A DNA stretch of 64,000 nt, taken from NCBI GenBank assembly GCA_965368975.1, contig CBDUPA010000010.1, forward strand, positions 160,001 through 224,000, read 5' to 3'. Made by a program: the position numbers and the translations under genes. This document shows positions 1-10,288 of this stretch, piece by piece. Position 1 is the first letter of the stretch, and every line of letters starts with the position of its first letter. Source of the stretch: an uncultured bacterium. Lineage in GTDB: Bacteria > Acidobacteriota > Thermoanaerobaculia > Multivoradales > JAHZIX01. The notes under the pieces are model-generated. The model searched no databases and had not been told where the DNA came from. It was given only the letters and a program-made list of their open reading frames with translations.

Positions 1-586
1 GCTGGTAGAGCCTCTGTCTCCTGATGCCAACCCGGACGTCCGCGAACTCGCAGAGTTCTTCAACGAGACTCTGGGCTTCTGCCCCAACAGCGTGCTGACC
101 ATGCAGCATCGCCCTGCCATCGCCCGCGCCTTCATCAACCTGAACATGGCCGTCATGGAGAATCACGGCCGGGTGACGAGCGCACTCAAGCGGCTGATCG
201 GCTTCGTCGCCAGCCATGCGGCCGGCTGTCGCTACTGCCAGGCGCACACGATCCGTGCCGCCGAACGCTACGGCGCCGAGCAGGATCAACTCGAACATAT
301 CTGGGAGTATCGTCATCATCCCGCCTTCAGTGAGGCAGAGCGAGCCGCCCTCGACCTGGCAGTGGCCGCCGCGACGGTACCGAATACGGTCGACGAGGCG
401 CTACAGACGCGGCTGCGCGAGCACTGGGACGAAGGTGAGATTGTCGAGATCTTGGGCGTCATCGCCCTCTTCGGCTACCTCAACCGCTGGAATGACAGCA
501 TGGCCACGACGCTCGAGGAAGGTGCTGTCGAGTCCGGCCAGCAATGGCTGACGCACGGTGGCTGGGAGCGCGGCAAGCACAGCTGA
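1..586 (+). CDS. Carboxymuconolactone decarboxylase / AhpD-like peroxidase-related protein (5' end outside window)
   Basis: Frame is open from the window edge (LVEPLSPDANPDVRELAEFFNETLGFCPNS...); CRYCQAH motif and 'LREHWDEGEIVEI...YLNRWN' are typical of the CMD/AhpD family. Confidence 0.8.
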   Translation, partial: LVEPLSPDANPDVRELAEFFNETLGFCPNSVLTMQHRPAIARAFINLNMAVMENHGRVTSALKRLIGFVASHAAGCRYCQAHTIRAAERYGAEQDQLEHIWEYRHHPAFSEAERAALDLAVAAATVPNTVDEALQTRLREHWDEGEIVEILGVIALFGYLNRWNDSMATTLEEGAVESGQQWLTHGGWERGKHS

Positions 587-772
587 AGCTCCTCATTTCG
601 CCCCGCCTCGAAACGGACTGCTGCCCTCACCGGCAGCAGTTTTTCCATTTTTTCGAGCCACAGGCGACATGGTCCGCTCCTCAATGTCGTCTATCTACAG
701 ACAGGCACACATCACCCGCGCCCTGGTGCGCTCCACGAGTGGAGAGAACGCACCGGAGAAAGGAGCCTGTCC

Positions 773-2332
773 ATGCTTGCCCGTGCCACGACCGCGACCC
801 CCTGGGGCATCGAAGCCCGCAGCGTCCACATCGAAGTCGACGTCTACAACGGTCTACCGCAGACACAGATCGTCGGCCTTCCCGACACCGCCGTACGCGA
901 GAGCCGCGAGCGCGTGCGCTCCGCGGTCAAGAACTGCGGCTTCGACCTGCCACCGCGCGCCATTATCGTCAACCTGGCTCCCGCCGACCTGCGCAAGGAA
1001 GGCAACCACCTCGACCTCGCCATCGCACTCGCCCTACTGGTGGGCTACGGCCACCTGCCACAGAACCTGCTCGACCAGCGTCTGGTCTGCGGCGAGTTGG
1101 GCCTCGATGGCACCGTCCGGCCCGTGCGCGGTGGACTCGCCCTCGCCGAGTTGGGCCAGCAGCTTGGCGTGCGCGAAGTCCTCCTGCCCGCCGACAGCGC
1201 GCCCGAAGCCGCGGCACTCGGCGGCACCCCGGTCATTCCCGTGCACACCCTCGGTGAAGTCGTCGCTCACCTGCGCGGAGAGGCTACCCTCCCAGCGACC
1301 AACAGCCACGATCGTCCCCCTCGCTGCATCCCCGAACACGGCATTCCCGACCTCGGCGAAGTGCGTGCACAGGAAGGCGCCAAGCGCGCCCTCGAAATTG
1401 CCGCCGCTGGCGCTCACAACTTGCTCCTGGTAGGCCCTCCCGGCTCCGGCAAGACCATGCTCGCCCGCCGCCTGCCGAGCCTGCTGCCACCCCTCGAACA
1501 AAGCGAGGCGATCGAGGTCACCAAGGTCTACTCCGTCGTCGCCGACCAACCTCCCGCCGGCCTCGTCCAGCAACGCCCCTTCCGCAGCCCCCATCCCGGC
1601 ATCAGTACTGCCGGCCTGATCGGCGGTGGCTCGATCCCGCGTCCCGGGGAGGTCAGCCTGGCGCATCACGGTGTGCTGTTCCTCGATGAGTTCCCCGAGT
1701 TCCGGCGCGATACGCTGGAATCTCTGCGCCAGCCCCTGGAAGAAGGTCGTGTCACCGTCGTACGTGCGGCGGCTCGCCTGACGTTCCCGGCACGATTCGC
1801 CTTGGTAGCCGCCATGAATCCATGTCCATGCGGCCATCAGGGAGATCCGCGCTCGAGCTGCCGCTGCCAACCGCAGCAGATCGAACGCTACCGCAGCCGC
1901 ATCAGCGGCCCCCTGTTGGACCGCATCGACCTGCATGTCGAGGTACCCGCGGTCACCCTGAACGATCTGCGCTCCAAAGCCGGCGAACCCTCCGCCACCG
2001 TCGCGGCCCGCGTGCGCGAGGCCCGCCAGCGTCAGCTCGCGCGTTTCCGCGCGACTTCACGCACCGTCGAAGGCAAGATCTCCCTGTCCACGACCGTCAA
2101 CGCGGCGATGGGACCCGCCGACGTGCGTCGCTGGTGCAGTGTCGACGCCGAGACCCACAGCTTGCTCGACCGCGCCTTCGAAAAGCTGGGGCTTTCCGCC
2201 CGCGCACTCGAACGCGTCTTGAAAGTCGCCCGCACCATCGCCGACCTGGCCGGTGAGGAAGCCATCCGTTCCGGGCACGTCCTGGAAGCCGTCCAGTACC
2301 GCACTCTCGATCGGCGCGTCCCGGGAACCTGA
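773..2332 (+). CDS. comM: YifB/ComM Mg-chelatase-like AAA+ ATPase
   Basis: IVGLPDTAVRESRERV, NLAPADLRKEG, Walker A GPPGSGKT, PGEVSLAHHGVLFLDE, MNPCPCG, SGPLLDRID. Confidence 0.93.
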   Translation: MLARATTATPWGIEARSVHIEVDVYNGLPQTQIVGLPDTAVRESRERVRSAVKNCGFDLPPRAIIVNLAPADLRKEGNHLDLAIALALLVGYGHLPQNLLDQRLVCGELGLDGTVRPVRGGLALAELGQQLGVREVLLPADSAPEAAALGGTPVIPVHTLGEVVAHLRGEATLPATNSHDRPPRCIPEHGIPDLGEVRAQEGAKRALEIAAAGAHNLLLVGPPGSGKTMLARRLPSLLPPLEQSEAIEVTKVYSVVADQPPAGLVQQRPFRSPHPGISTAGLIGGGSIPRPGEVSLAHHGVLFLDEFPEFRRDTLESLRQPLEEGRVTVVRAAARLTFPARFALVAAMNPCPCGHQGDPRSSCRCQPQQIERYRSRISGPLLDRIDLHVEVPAVTLNDLRSKAGEPSATVAARVREARQRQLARFRATSRTVEGKISLSTTVNAAMGPADVRRWCSVDAETHSLLDRAFEKLGLSARALERVLKVARTIADLAGEEAIRSGHVLEAVQYRTLDRRVPGT

Positions 2333-3520
2333 GATGGGCCGTGCTCTGCGCTACGTACCCCCTGGCGGCGCGCTGGTCGAAGTCACCACGCGCACGGTCC
2401 ACAGCCGTTACCTGCTGCGTCCTACCAGCTGGGTCAACGAATCCATCGTCGGAGTTCTCGGGCGGGGCCGGCGTCGCGTCCCGGATCTTCGGCTATGCAG
2501 TCTCGTCTTCCTGTCGAACCACTACCACCTGCTCCTCTGGGTACCCAATGCGAAAGCGCTACGCACGTTCATGGAGTTCGTCAACTCCAACCTGGCACGC
2601 GAGGTCGGAAGGATCGTGGGGTGGCGCGAGAAATTCTGGTCGCGTCGCTATCAGCACGTCGTCGTCAGCCAGGAACCGCAGGCACAGGTCGAACGCCTAC
2701 GCTACATCCTGTCGCACGGCGTCAAAGAGGACCTCGTCCACAAAGCCGAAGACTGGCCGGGCGTCCACGGCATTCGCAACCTGCTATATGGCGAGGCTTT
2801 GCTCGGCTATTGGTTCGACCGCAGCCAGGAGTACGCGGCTCGGCAACGTGGAGAATCCTACGAGCGTCTCACCCACGCCACGCCTGAGACTCTGCACTTG
2901 GATCCGCTCCCCTGCTGGCGTCATCTGAGCGTCGAGGAACGTCGCGAGCAGGTGCGGCAGCTGTTGGCGGAGATCGAGATCGAGCACCGGGAGCGTCGAG
3001 TCCGCGAGCGCAATAGAGTTTTGGGCGTCAATGGCGTCAAGGCACAGCATGTCCACGAGCGTCCCCGCAAGACCAAGAAGTCCCTGGCACCTCGTTGTCA
3101 CGCAGTGAGTAGGTCGGCGCGGCGGGAGTTGAAGCAGGCGTACGCCGCATTCCGCGCCGCATTCCGGGATGCGGCGCAAGCCTTGCTCGCGGGCGATCGT
3201 ACTGCCAAGTTCCCTGAAGGCAGCTTTCCGCCAGCGCTTCCGTTCATCGTCCCGAATCTGCTGGCTCGCCCGCAGCCGACCTGATCATAGAAACCTGCAA
3301 GGCAACCCCGAGCAAGACGTGCTGGCCCGGTAGGACAGCGCGACAGATGAGGTGCGCTCGGAATCCCCGATTTCTATGGTCACAGACCACGGGAAGGTCG
3401 AGGGTGCGTTGCCTTGCCTTGAACCCGGTACCCCAGAACCTTCGAAAGGTCAGGGTCTTGGCCTTCCCTCCGCTCTCCGACGACCAGCAAGGTTGGATTC
3501 CCTCGATGTCCCTGGCACCT
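2318..3520 (+). mobile_element. Putative RAYT-type element bounded by 13-bp imperfect repeats
   Basis: GTCCCGGGAACCT (2318-2330) and GTCCCTGGCACCT (3508-3520), 11/13 identical, bracket the transposase. Confidence 0.4.
2334..3284 (+). CDS. HUH/Y1 tyrosine transposase (REP-associated RAYT / IS200-like)
   Basis: ATG 1 nt after the comM stop; N-terminal 'EVTTRT', HUH motif 'LSNHYHLL', 'FWSRRY', 'LRYILSH', 'LVHKAEDWP'. Confidence 0.8.
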   Translation: MGRALRYVPPGGALVEVTTRTVHSRYLLRPTSWVNESIVGVLGRGRRRVPDLRLCSLVFLSNHYHLLLWVPNAKALRTFMEFVNSNLAREVGRIVGWREKFWSRRYQHVVVSQEPQAQVERLRYILSHGVKEDLVHKAEDWPGVHGIRNLLYGEALLGYWFDRSQEYAARQRGESYERLTHATPETLHLDPLPCWRHLSVEERREQVRQLLAEIEIEHRERRVRERNRVLGVNGVKAQHVHERPRKTKKSLAPRCHAVSRSARRELKQAYAAFRAAFRDAAQALLAGDRTAKFPEGSFPPALPFIVPNLLARPQPT

Positions 3521-3578
3521 TTTTGGACAGTCGGAACGCTGCCTGCGCAGCCAGCACAGGAGACCGTATAATGTGCCG

Positions 3579-3992
3579 ATGAAACAGATTCCCTTGCTCC
3601 TGCTGGGCCTGGCCCTGCTCCTGCCCCTCCCCGCCGGCACTCTCGCTGCCGACGACTCGACTCCCACGGACAGCCGAACGCTGACGGGAGAGTACTTCTG
3701 GCAAGATGCCGATTTGCATGGCGACCTCGAGGCCGTGTTCACGCCGACGGGCGAAAACGAGTGGAGCGTCGAGTTCCACTTCACCTTCCGCGATCGGCCA
3801 CGCACCTACTCTGGAACCGCGATGGGTAACCTGGAGACCGGTAGCCTTGATGGCACAGTGTATGGCGAGAGTCGCCGAGGCCAACGTGAATGGGTCTTCC
3901 GCGGAAGTTTCGAGGACGGCACCTTCCGAGGCGACCACGCCGAGATGGAAGATGGCGAGGAGATCCCCTCGGGCACTCTGACACTGCATTGA
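3579..3992 (+). CDS. Secreted hypothetical protein (beta-rich)
   Basis: Signal peptide MKQIPLLLLGLALLLPLPAGTLA; AGGAG upstream; hairpin downstream. Confidence 0.7.
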   Translation: MKQIPLLLLGLALLLPLPAGTLAADDSTPTDSRTLTGEYFWQDADLHGDLEAVFTPTGENEWSVEFHFTFRDRPRTYSGTAMGNLETGSLDGTVYGESRRGQREWVFRGSFEDGTFRGDHAEMEDGEEIPSGTLTLH

Positions 3993-4029
3993 CCCCCACC
4001 GCCTTGACGCGGCATCAACGCTCGGAAAC

Positions 4030-4055
4030 AACGGCCCCGCCTCCGGGGCCGTTTC
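4030..4055 (+). terminator. Probable intrinsic terminator
   Basis: aacggcccc-gcctcc-ggggccgtt stem followed by tccttt. Confidence 0.5.
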
Positions 4056-4484
4056 CTTTGGTCCCGTCTTGGCGCTGCCACCTCCACCACCCTCCCCAAG
4101 AGCTAGACGGTGCGGCAGCGCCGCCCTCCTCCATGCCCCATCCTGCTGAGTTTTCCAGCCCGCGACCGCCCCTCTTGCGGCCGTGCACCACGTTCTCCGC
4201 AACGCCCGGCCCAACCCTCCGCACCCCCGCCCCCTTCGCGCGAAAACGCGCACACTCCAGAGAAACACCACCAATTACTGCGCGATTTCGCGCAGCTCGT
4301 TTCTGCGCACTCCACGGGAAAGCCCTGAAACTGGCGTAATCAGGGCTCGATTGCAACCTGGCAGACAAATTGCAGTCACCCTATATCCGAAAGGATTTGT
4401 ACTCGACTCCCATGAAGCTAGCAGCCACTTTGCCTCGGAGTACATCACTTGAAGCAGCACACTGATTTCCAGAAAGGAAGCACG

Positions 4485-7370
4485 ATGAACGCCTCAACCC
4501 ATACCTTGCGCCTTGTTGTTTCCGCGTTTCTTCTCGCTGTCGTGCTCGCCGCGACCGCAACGCCTACTCAGGCAATGGCCCCAACGCAGCTTCCCGGCCT
4601 CGACCGGCCGGTGACCGTCATTGAGGACACGGAAGGCATTCCGCACATCTACGCCACGACCGAGCAGGACGCCTACTATCTGCTCGGCTACCTGCACGCC
4701 CGCGACCGCTACTTCGCCATGGATTTCTACCGTCACCTGTTCAGCGGCCGCCTGGCTGAACTCCTCGGGGCCGGAGCCCTGAGCTCCGACTTCCAGCTCC
4801 GCGCGTTCAACCTCAGCACGATCTCAGAGGCCAACGCCGACGCGCTTCCGCAGGTGACCCAGGATTGGCTGCAGGCCTACTCCGACGGAATCAACGCCTA
4901 CGTGCAGAACAATCCCCTGCCGATCGAGTACACGCTCTTCGAACTCACCCATTCCAGCATTTCTCCGTGGACGCCGGCCGACAGCATCATGATGTGGAAG
5001 GGCTTTGCGGCCGGTGCCTGGCTGGACTTGAAAGAACTCCAGAACACCCTGACGCTGTTCGACTACCAAGCAGCGTCGAGCCAGAACAAAGCCATCTCGT
5101 TCAATGGCAGCAGCCTGTACACCGACGATGTGCACCGTTCCGCGCCCTTCCTACCCGCGGTGATCGTTCCCGAAGGCGAAGGCTCTCGCCAGAGCTTGCG
5201 CACCGCCGAGACCACGACACCTCCGAACGCTCGCAGCCGCAGTCGCATCGACAGCAGCTACCTGCGCCCCGAAACGCTGGAGCTGGCCGCCGAGTACCGC
5301 CGGCAAGCCCTCGAGAATCAGGTCCTGCAAGAGGTCGTCATCGACACCAGCAAGGGCAGCAACTGGTGGCTGATCTCCGGCGACTTGACGGAAGACGGAC
5401 AGCCCCTGTTCGCAGGCGACCCGCACCAACCCGTCACCATGCCCACGATCCTCTATGAAGCTCATCTGCACGTGAACGGCAGGCCCACCGAGCGGCTCAA
5501 CGCCAGCGGCGGCACGTTCCCCGGAATCCCAGTCACCGTGGTGGGTTGCAGCGACCACCATTGCTGGAGCGCCACCAACAGCAGTCATGACGTCTCAGAC
5601 ATCTTCCAAGAGCTCGTAGTCTTCGACAACGGCGAACCGGTCGCCACGCTGTACCAAGGGCAGCAGGAACCACTCAATGCTGTCGACCACACGTTCGCGG
5701 CCAATGTCATCGGTGACGGCGTCCCTGACAATCCGTCGACCGTGACCCAGGCGCGCTTCTACTACGTACCTCGGCGCAGCAACGGACCTATGCTCTCGAT
5801 TGGCACACCAGTCGACGGAGTCGCCGTGGGTCTGTCCGTACAGTACGTCGGCTGGCAGCCCCATCTGGACCTCGAAGGTCTGCGCCGGCTCCCCCGGGTA
5901 GATAGCCCCGAAGCCTTCAACACTGCCATCGAGCACATCAAGGAGTGGATCCTCAACTTCGGGTACGTCGACACGGACGGCAACATCGCCTACCGCGTCA
6001 GCGGCTCGGTCCCCTTGCGTGACGACCTGCAGAACCTGGGGGCTCCGGAGGGTCTGCCTCCCTTCTTCCTGCGTGACGGCACGGGCAACCTGCGCCATGA
6101 GTGGCTGCCGGAACAGGAGTCGGCCGATCCTCTGAACCTACAGCCCTACGCCATCCTGCCTGCCCGCGAGATGCCGCAAGTGGCAAACCCGCGCCAAGGC
6201 TTCATCGTCAGCGCCAACAACGACCCGGTCGGCAACACGATCGACAACGATCCGATCAACCAGCTACGCGATGACGGCGGCATCTTCTACCTCGGCTACC
6301 AGTACGCTGGAATCCGCGCCGCCAAGATCCAACAGCAGCTGAGCCAGATGCTGGGAGACGACGGCTTCATCAGCCTGGAAGAAATCCGCCAGGTACAAGG
6401 GAACTCGCAGATGCTGGATGCCGAGGCTCTGCTCCCGTTCCTCCTGGAGGCGTACACCAATGCTTCCACTGGCGGGGCGGAACCGCAGCTGGCCGCCCTG
6501 GCCGCGGACCCACGCGTAGCCGAAGCCATGAGCCGCTTGGCGAGCTGGGATTTCTCGACACCGACTGGCTTGCAAGCCGGCTTCGATCAGGGCGACGACC
6601 CTTCGAACCTCGCGACTCCGAGCCACCAGGAGATCGCCAACAGCGTCGCGACCACGATCTACTCGGTGTGGCGCGGTCAAGCCGTACGCCAGATCATCGA
6701 TGCTCCCTTGCTCGCACTGGGCTTCGGACAACAGACCCTGCCGCAGGACCGTGTAGCTATGAACAGCCTGTTCAACCTGCTACAGAGCTTCGACCTGAAC
6801 GAGGGCTTCGGCGCCTCCGGCATCGACTTCTTCCCGATCGAAGGCATCGACCGCGACACGGCACGCGACTTGACGCTGCTGCGATCTCTGCGCGACGCGC
6901 TCGACTTGCTGGCTGGACCGGCCTTCGCTGACGCCTTCAGCAACTCGACTGATCAAGATGATTACCGCTGGGGCAAGCTGCATCGCATCACCTTTAACCA
7001 CTTGGTGCTCCCCACTTTCAGCGTGCCTCCAGCGGGCGGCTTCCAGAACGTGGCGACCAATCTGCCCGGAATCGCGGTGGATGGAGGCTACGCCACGATC
7101 GACCAGGCCAACCACAACGTCCGTGGCGACAATGCCGGTGCCTTCACCTTCAGCGTGCCTCCGGGCCGCAGGGGAATCGCCTCTCTGTCGCGCAACGGCG
7201 TCGAAGCACTGCAGATCCTGCCCGGTGGCAATGCCGGGGATCCGTCGAACCCCTACTTCACCAACCAGATGGGCCGGTACTTGACGAATCAGTACGCGCC
7301 AGTACCGCTGTCTGTCGGCGAGGTGATGAGCGTACGACAGAGCCAGAGTCTGTTCCTACCGGCCCATTGA
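4485..7370 (+). CDS. Penicillin acylase family (Ntn-hydrolase, peptidase S45) precursor
   Basis: Signal peptide; 'DTEGIPHIYA', 'GYLHARDR'; beta-chain start 'GSNWWLISG', 'AGDPH', 'SANN', 'RWGKLH', 'PGGNAG'. Confidence 0.88.
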   Translation: MNASTHTLRLVVSAFLLAVVLAATATPTQAMAPTQLPGLDRPVTVIEDTEGIPHIYATTEQDAYYLLGYLHARDRYFAMDFYRHLFSGRLAELLGAGALSSDFQLRAFNLSTISEANADALPQVTQDWLQAYSDGINAYVQNNPLPIEYTLFELTHSSISPWTPADSIMMWKGFAAGAWLDLKELQNTLTLFDYQAASSQNKAISFNGSSLYTDDVHRSAPFLPAVIVPEGEGSRQSLRTAETTTPPNARSRSRIDSSYLRPETLELAAEYRRQALENQVLQEVVIDTSKGSNWWLISGDLTEDGQPLFAGDPHQPVTMPTILYEAHLHVNGRPTERLNASGGTFPGIPVTVVGCSDHHCWSATNSSHDVSDIFQELVVFDNGEPVATLYQGQQEPLNAVDHTFAANVIGDGVPDNPSTVTQARFYYVPRRSNGPMLSIGTPVDGVAVGLSVQYVGWQPHLDLEGLRRLPRVDSPEAFNTAIEHIKEWILNFGYVDTDGNIAYRVSGSVPLRDDLQNLGAPEGLPPFFLRDGTGNLRHEWLPEQESADPLNLQPYAILPAREMPQVANPRQGFIVSANNDPVGNTIDNDPINQLRDDGGIFYLGYQYAGIRAAKIQQQLSQMLGDDGFISLEEIRQVQGNSQMLDAEALLPFLLEAYTNASTGGAEPQLAALAADPRVAEAMSRLASWDFSTPTGLQAGFDQGDDPSNLATPSHQEIANSVATTIYSVWRGQAVRQIIDAPLLALGFGQQTLPQDRVAMNSLFNLLQSFDLNEGFGASGIDFFPIEGIDRDTARDLTLLRSLRDALDLLAGPAFADAFSNSTDQDDYRWGKLHRITFNHLVLPTFSVPPAGGFQNVATNLPGIAVDGGYATIDQANHNVRGDNAGAFTFSVPPGRRGIASLSRNGVEALQILPGGNAGDPSNPYFTNQMGRYLTNQYAPVPLSVGEVMSVRQSQSLFLPAH

Positions 7371-7407
7371 GCCTGGGCTGCCTACCCTACCTACGACCCT
7401 CGGCAAG

Positions 7408-7438
7408 ACGCCCTCGTCCGCACAGCGGGCGAGGGCGT
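7408..7438. terminator. Hairpin between convergent genes
   Basis: acgccctcgtccgc-aca-gcgggcgagggcgt. Confidence 0.55.
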
Positions 7439-7470
7439 TCCTCATTGTAGGCCGCTGAACTCCGCAGCCC

Positions 7471-8022
7471 TCAGGGATTGTTGCGCAGCAGACCGAAGCC
7501 GCGTTGGATGTTGACGTTGATCAAGCTCCACTCGCCAGCCGGACGGTAGTAGAAGAACTCCCACATGATCGGAGCCTGCTGGTACTTCGCCACGTAGAGC
7601 AAGCGCAGCAGGGACTCGCCAAAGCGGTCTTCGCGCAGCCGCTCGAAGCCGACCGGCACGCCGAACAGCCCTTCCAGGGCCACCACCTGATCGCCGATCT
7701 TCTTGGCGGCCTCGCCATCACGCTGAGCGATCAGTGAACCCGCCATCAGGGTTTCCGCCGCGCCCGTGCGAACGGCTTCGTCGTCGCTGCGGAGGGCATC
7801 CAGGAACGTCTCGCTGTGTCCTCGCGGCTCGATCGGGGCCGCCGTAGCAGGAGACGCCGCTTCAGCATCTGCCGGAGCTGCGCCTTCGGCAACCTCCGCG
7901 ACCGGCTCTTGAGCCAGCAAGTTCGGGGGTGCCAGCAGCACCGCCAAGCACCAACCTAGTGCAATCATCCAGGACAAAGCCGATGTGCGGCGAGCGGCGG
8001 ACAAGCGTGATTCGATAGTCAT
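7471..8022 (-). CDS. Secreted hypothetical protein
   Basis: Hydrophobic N-terminus ending LLA-Q, Ala/Pro/Glu linker, globular C-terminus (WEFFYYRPAGEW). Confidence 0.65.
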   Translation of the reverse strand: MTIESRLSAARRTSALSWMIALGWCLAVLLAPPNLLAQEPVAEVAEGAAPADAEAASPATAAPIEPRGHSETFLDALRSDDEAVRTGAAETLMAGSLIAQRDGEAAKKIGDQVVALEGLFGVPVGFERLREDRFGESLLRLLYVAKYQQAPIMWEFFYYRPAGEWSLINVNIQRGFGLLRNNP

Positions 8023-8119
8023 CTGTGGGTCACCTCCATAGTCTCAGATTGCGGTCGGACACGGCATTCTACTCCGCATCGATCCTGAACGTGCCAGCCC
8101 TGCGGTATCCTGGAACGGC

Positions 8120-9955
8120 ATGTTCGACCGAACAACCCGGACCTTCGCGGGCCTGATCGCCGCACTCGTGGTGGTTCCGTACGCCACCCTCAGCCTCGAC
8201 TTGCAGACTGGCATGGTGGTGCAGGCAATCTTGCTGCTGACGTTGACCTCGAGCCTGCTCGCCTGGGGCCTGGTCTGCCGACGCCCCGAGCAAGCCCGCC
8301 CCCGAGCATGGAGTGGCCTGAGGTCTATCGTTTGGCAACGCCTGGCCCCGCGTGACCTAGCCAATTCCGGGCTCTGGCTGTACAGCGGAGCGATCGCCTG
8401 GGGAGCTAGCGTCGCCCTGCTGCTTGGCAACGACATCATCCTGCTCAGTGGTCAGGTCGTCGCCATGGGACTCTTACCCCTCGGTTTCGTTGCCGGCCGT
8501 CTACACCCGCGCGGCACCCTGGCCCGCGGCCTGATCCTGGGAACTGGCGTAGCGGTCTCCGCCGCGGTGGTGTTGCACTTGGTGGCATGGTTGGCTGCCG
8601 CCGCTGCCGGCCGGCCGGTGGTGCGCCTGTTCCTGGCCAAGTCCGTGGGCGTGGTGGGCTTGATCCCAATGGTGTTCCTGCTGCTGCTCAGCGTCCGCAA
8701 CGCGCGCTCCGTGGCGCCGAAACTACGGTGGCTGTGCGACACGGCACTCATCCTGTCAGCGATCTACCTCCTGGGTTCCGGAGTGCGTGGAGCTTGGTTG
8801 AGCCTCGGGTTCGCCACCCTGCTGTGGAGCGGGCTTTTCCTCCTCCGGGCTGCGGCACAACAGCGCCTGCGCCTGTTACGCCGTGCGGGCTTGTGTGTGC
8901 TGGCGGCAACGCTGCTCGGCGCCCTTGTGCTCGGCCTGCCCGCTTGGTGGTTGCAGCAGCCGCACGACAATCTGCTCCCCCAAGGCGAGCACCCAGCGAC
9001 CTGGCTGCTGGCTTCCGAGGTCGGCTTCCACGCGACCTCGCCCCATGTCGAGCCCCCATCGCGCATCGACTGGGACGAATCGATCCACGACCAAGAGGTA
9101 CCGCTTGCCTTGGATCTGGACCTCGACCGTACTTACCGCCTGCGCGCCTGGGTGCACGGCCATCCTTCCAGCCTCGCCTACGTTGCGCTGCGCTGGCGGG
9201 ACAGCGAAGGGCACCTACTGCACCACCCGCTGGACGCGCGCGCGCAGCCGTGGCCCCAGCTACAAGTCGTAACCGCGATTGACCGCCCACCCACGCAAAG
9301 CCGAAGCGCCTCGCTGCATTTTGGAGTTCCGAAGTACCGCTCGGATCATCGTGACCCACCCAAGGGGGTATGGATGCTGGAGCGAGTCGAGCTGCACGAC
9401 CTCGGCCCTGCCTGGGCAGCCCCTTTCTGGCGTCAAGTCGACTACACGCTCGCACGCTTGAAGACCCTGCTCCCAGGTGCACAGCCAAGCGCGAGACCCT
9501 CGATCGACTATCGCTGGCTGGAAACGCGCACCCTGCTGCACCGCTTCACTGCCGCCTCCTGGCCACTGCAGCTCGCCGGCCATGGCCTCGGTGCCACCTA
9601 CGAATTGAAGAGCGATCCAGATTCCGAGTTGCCGGTCGAACATCTCACCGGACGTCTCGATGCTGCGCAGCTGAACTACATCCACAACTTTTACGCCTTC
9701 TTGCTCTACAAGCTCGGCGCCGTCGGCACGCTGCTGGTCATCGCCGCGCTGACCTTGTGGATCGGCCGTGCGATCTGGCCGTTCCGGCGTCGGCAGACCA
9801 AGGACGACCTGCTTGAACACCTACCGGCGGCAGTACTTTCGATTCTCGTGGCCTACCTCGTATGGGCCGTGAGTTCGCCAGAACTGATCAACTTCCGGAT
9901 TGCGCCACTGCTCGGCCTCCTCCTCGCATCGACGCTATCCCTGCGCAACGGGTGA
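8120..9955 (+). CDS. O-antigen ligase/Wzy-like multi-pass membrane protein with a large periplasmic insert
   Basis: Many TM segments; 'SGVRGAWL', 'YRWLE', 'GHGLG', 'YIHNFY...KLG' resemble Wzy_C motifs. Confidence 0.65.
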   Translation: MFDRTTRTFAGLIAALVVVPYATLSLDLQTGMVVQAILLLTLTSSLLAWGLVCRRPEQARPRAWSGLRSIVWQRLAPRDLANSGLWLYSGAIAWGASVALLLGNDIILLSGQVVAMGLLPLGFVAGRLHPRGTLARGLILGTGVAVSAAVVLHLVAWLAAAAAGRPVVRLFLAKSVGVVGLIPMVFLLLLSVRNARSVAPKLRWLCDTALILSAIYLLGSGVRGAWLSLGFATLLWSGLFLLRAAAQQRLRLLRRAGLCVLAATLLGALVLGLPAWWLQQPHDNLLPQGEHPATWLLASEVGFHATSPHVEPPSRIDWDESIHDQEVPLALDLDLDRTYRLRAWVHGHPSSLAYVALRWRDSEGHLLHHPLDARAQPWPQLQVVTAIDRPPTQSRSASLHFGVPKYRSDHRDPPKGVWMLERVELHDLGPAWAAPFWRQVDYTLARLKTLLPGAQPSARPSIDYRWLETRTLLHRFTAASWPLQLAGHGLGATYELKSDPDSELPVEHLTGRLDAAQLNYIHNFYAFLLYKLGAVGTLLVIAALTLWIGRAIWPFRRRQTKDDLLEHLPAAVLSILVAYLVWAVSSPELINFRIAPLLGLLLASTLSLRNG

Positions 9956-10288
9956 GCACTTCTTATCACTTTACCTGCGCACTCGATTACCAAGGCGGAA
10001 AACCTTGACAGTACGGAACAGTTTCTGTCCCGCTTTCCCTCCGGCACCACACCACACCCTATAGACAAGCTCTATCAGGGGCGGTAGCCTGTCTCCGAAG
10101 TCATGGACCTACTTGGAGTACTCTCGTCTTGAACATTCGCCCACAAGCTTGGTACGGCAGATCCTTACGAGACGAGTCTCCGTGCTTCTCACTACCCCGT
10201 TGATAGATCAGAAAATCAAACAATATCGATCTAATCAATGTTACACCCGAACAACACCGAAACTGAAAACCACGAAGGAGCTATGCCC

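Noticed and set aside
3993-4484. C-rich intergenic region with several overlapping ORFs
   Set aside because: Low-complexity translations with no motifs; likely a terminator plus promoter region
10200-10220. TTGAT...ATCAA resembling an FNR box upstream of the fibre genes
   Set aside because: Spacer is 10 nt, not 4; no FNR box was recognised upstream of the nap operon either
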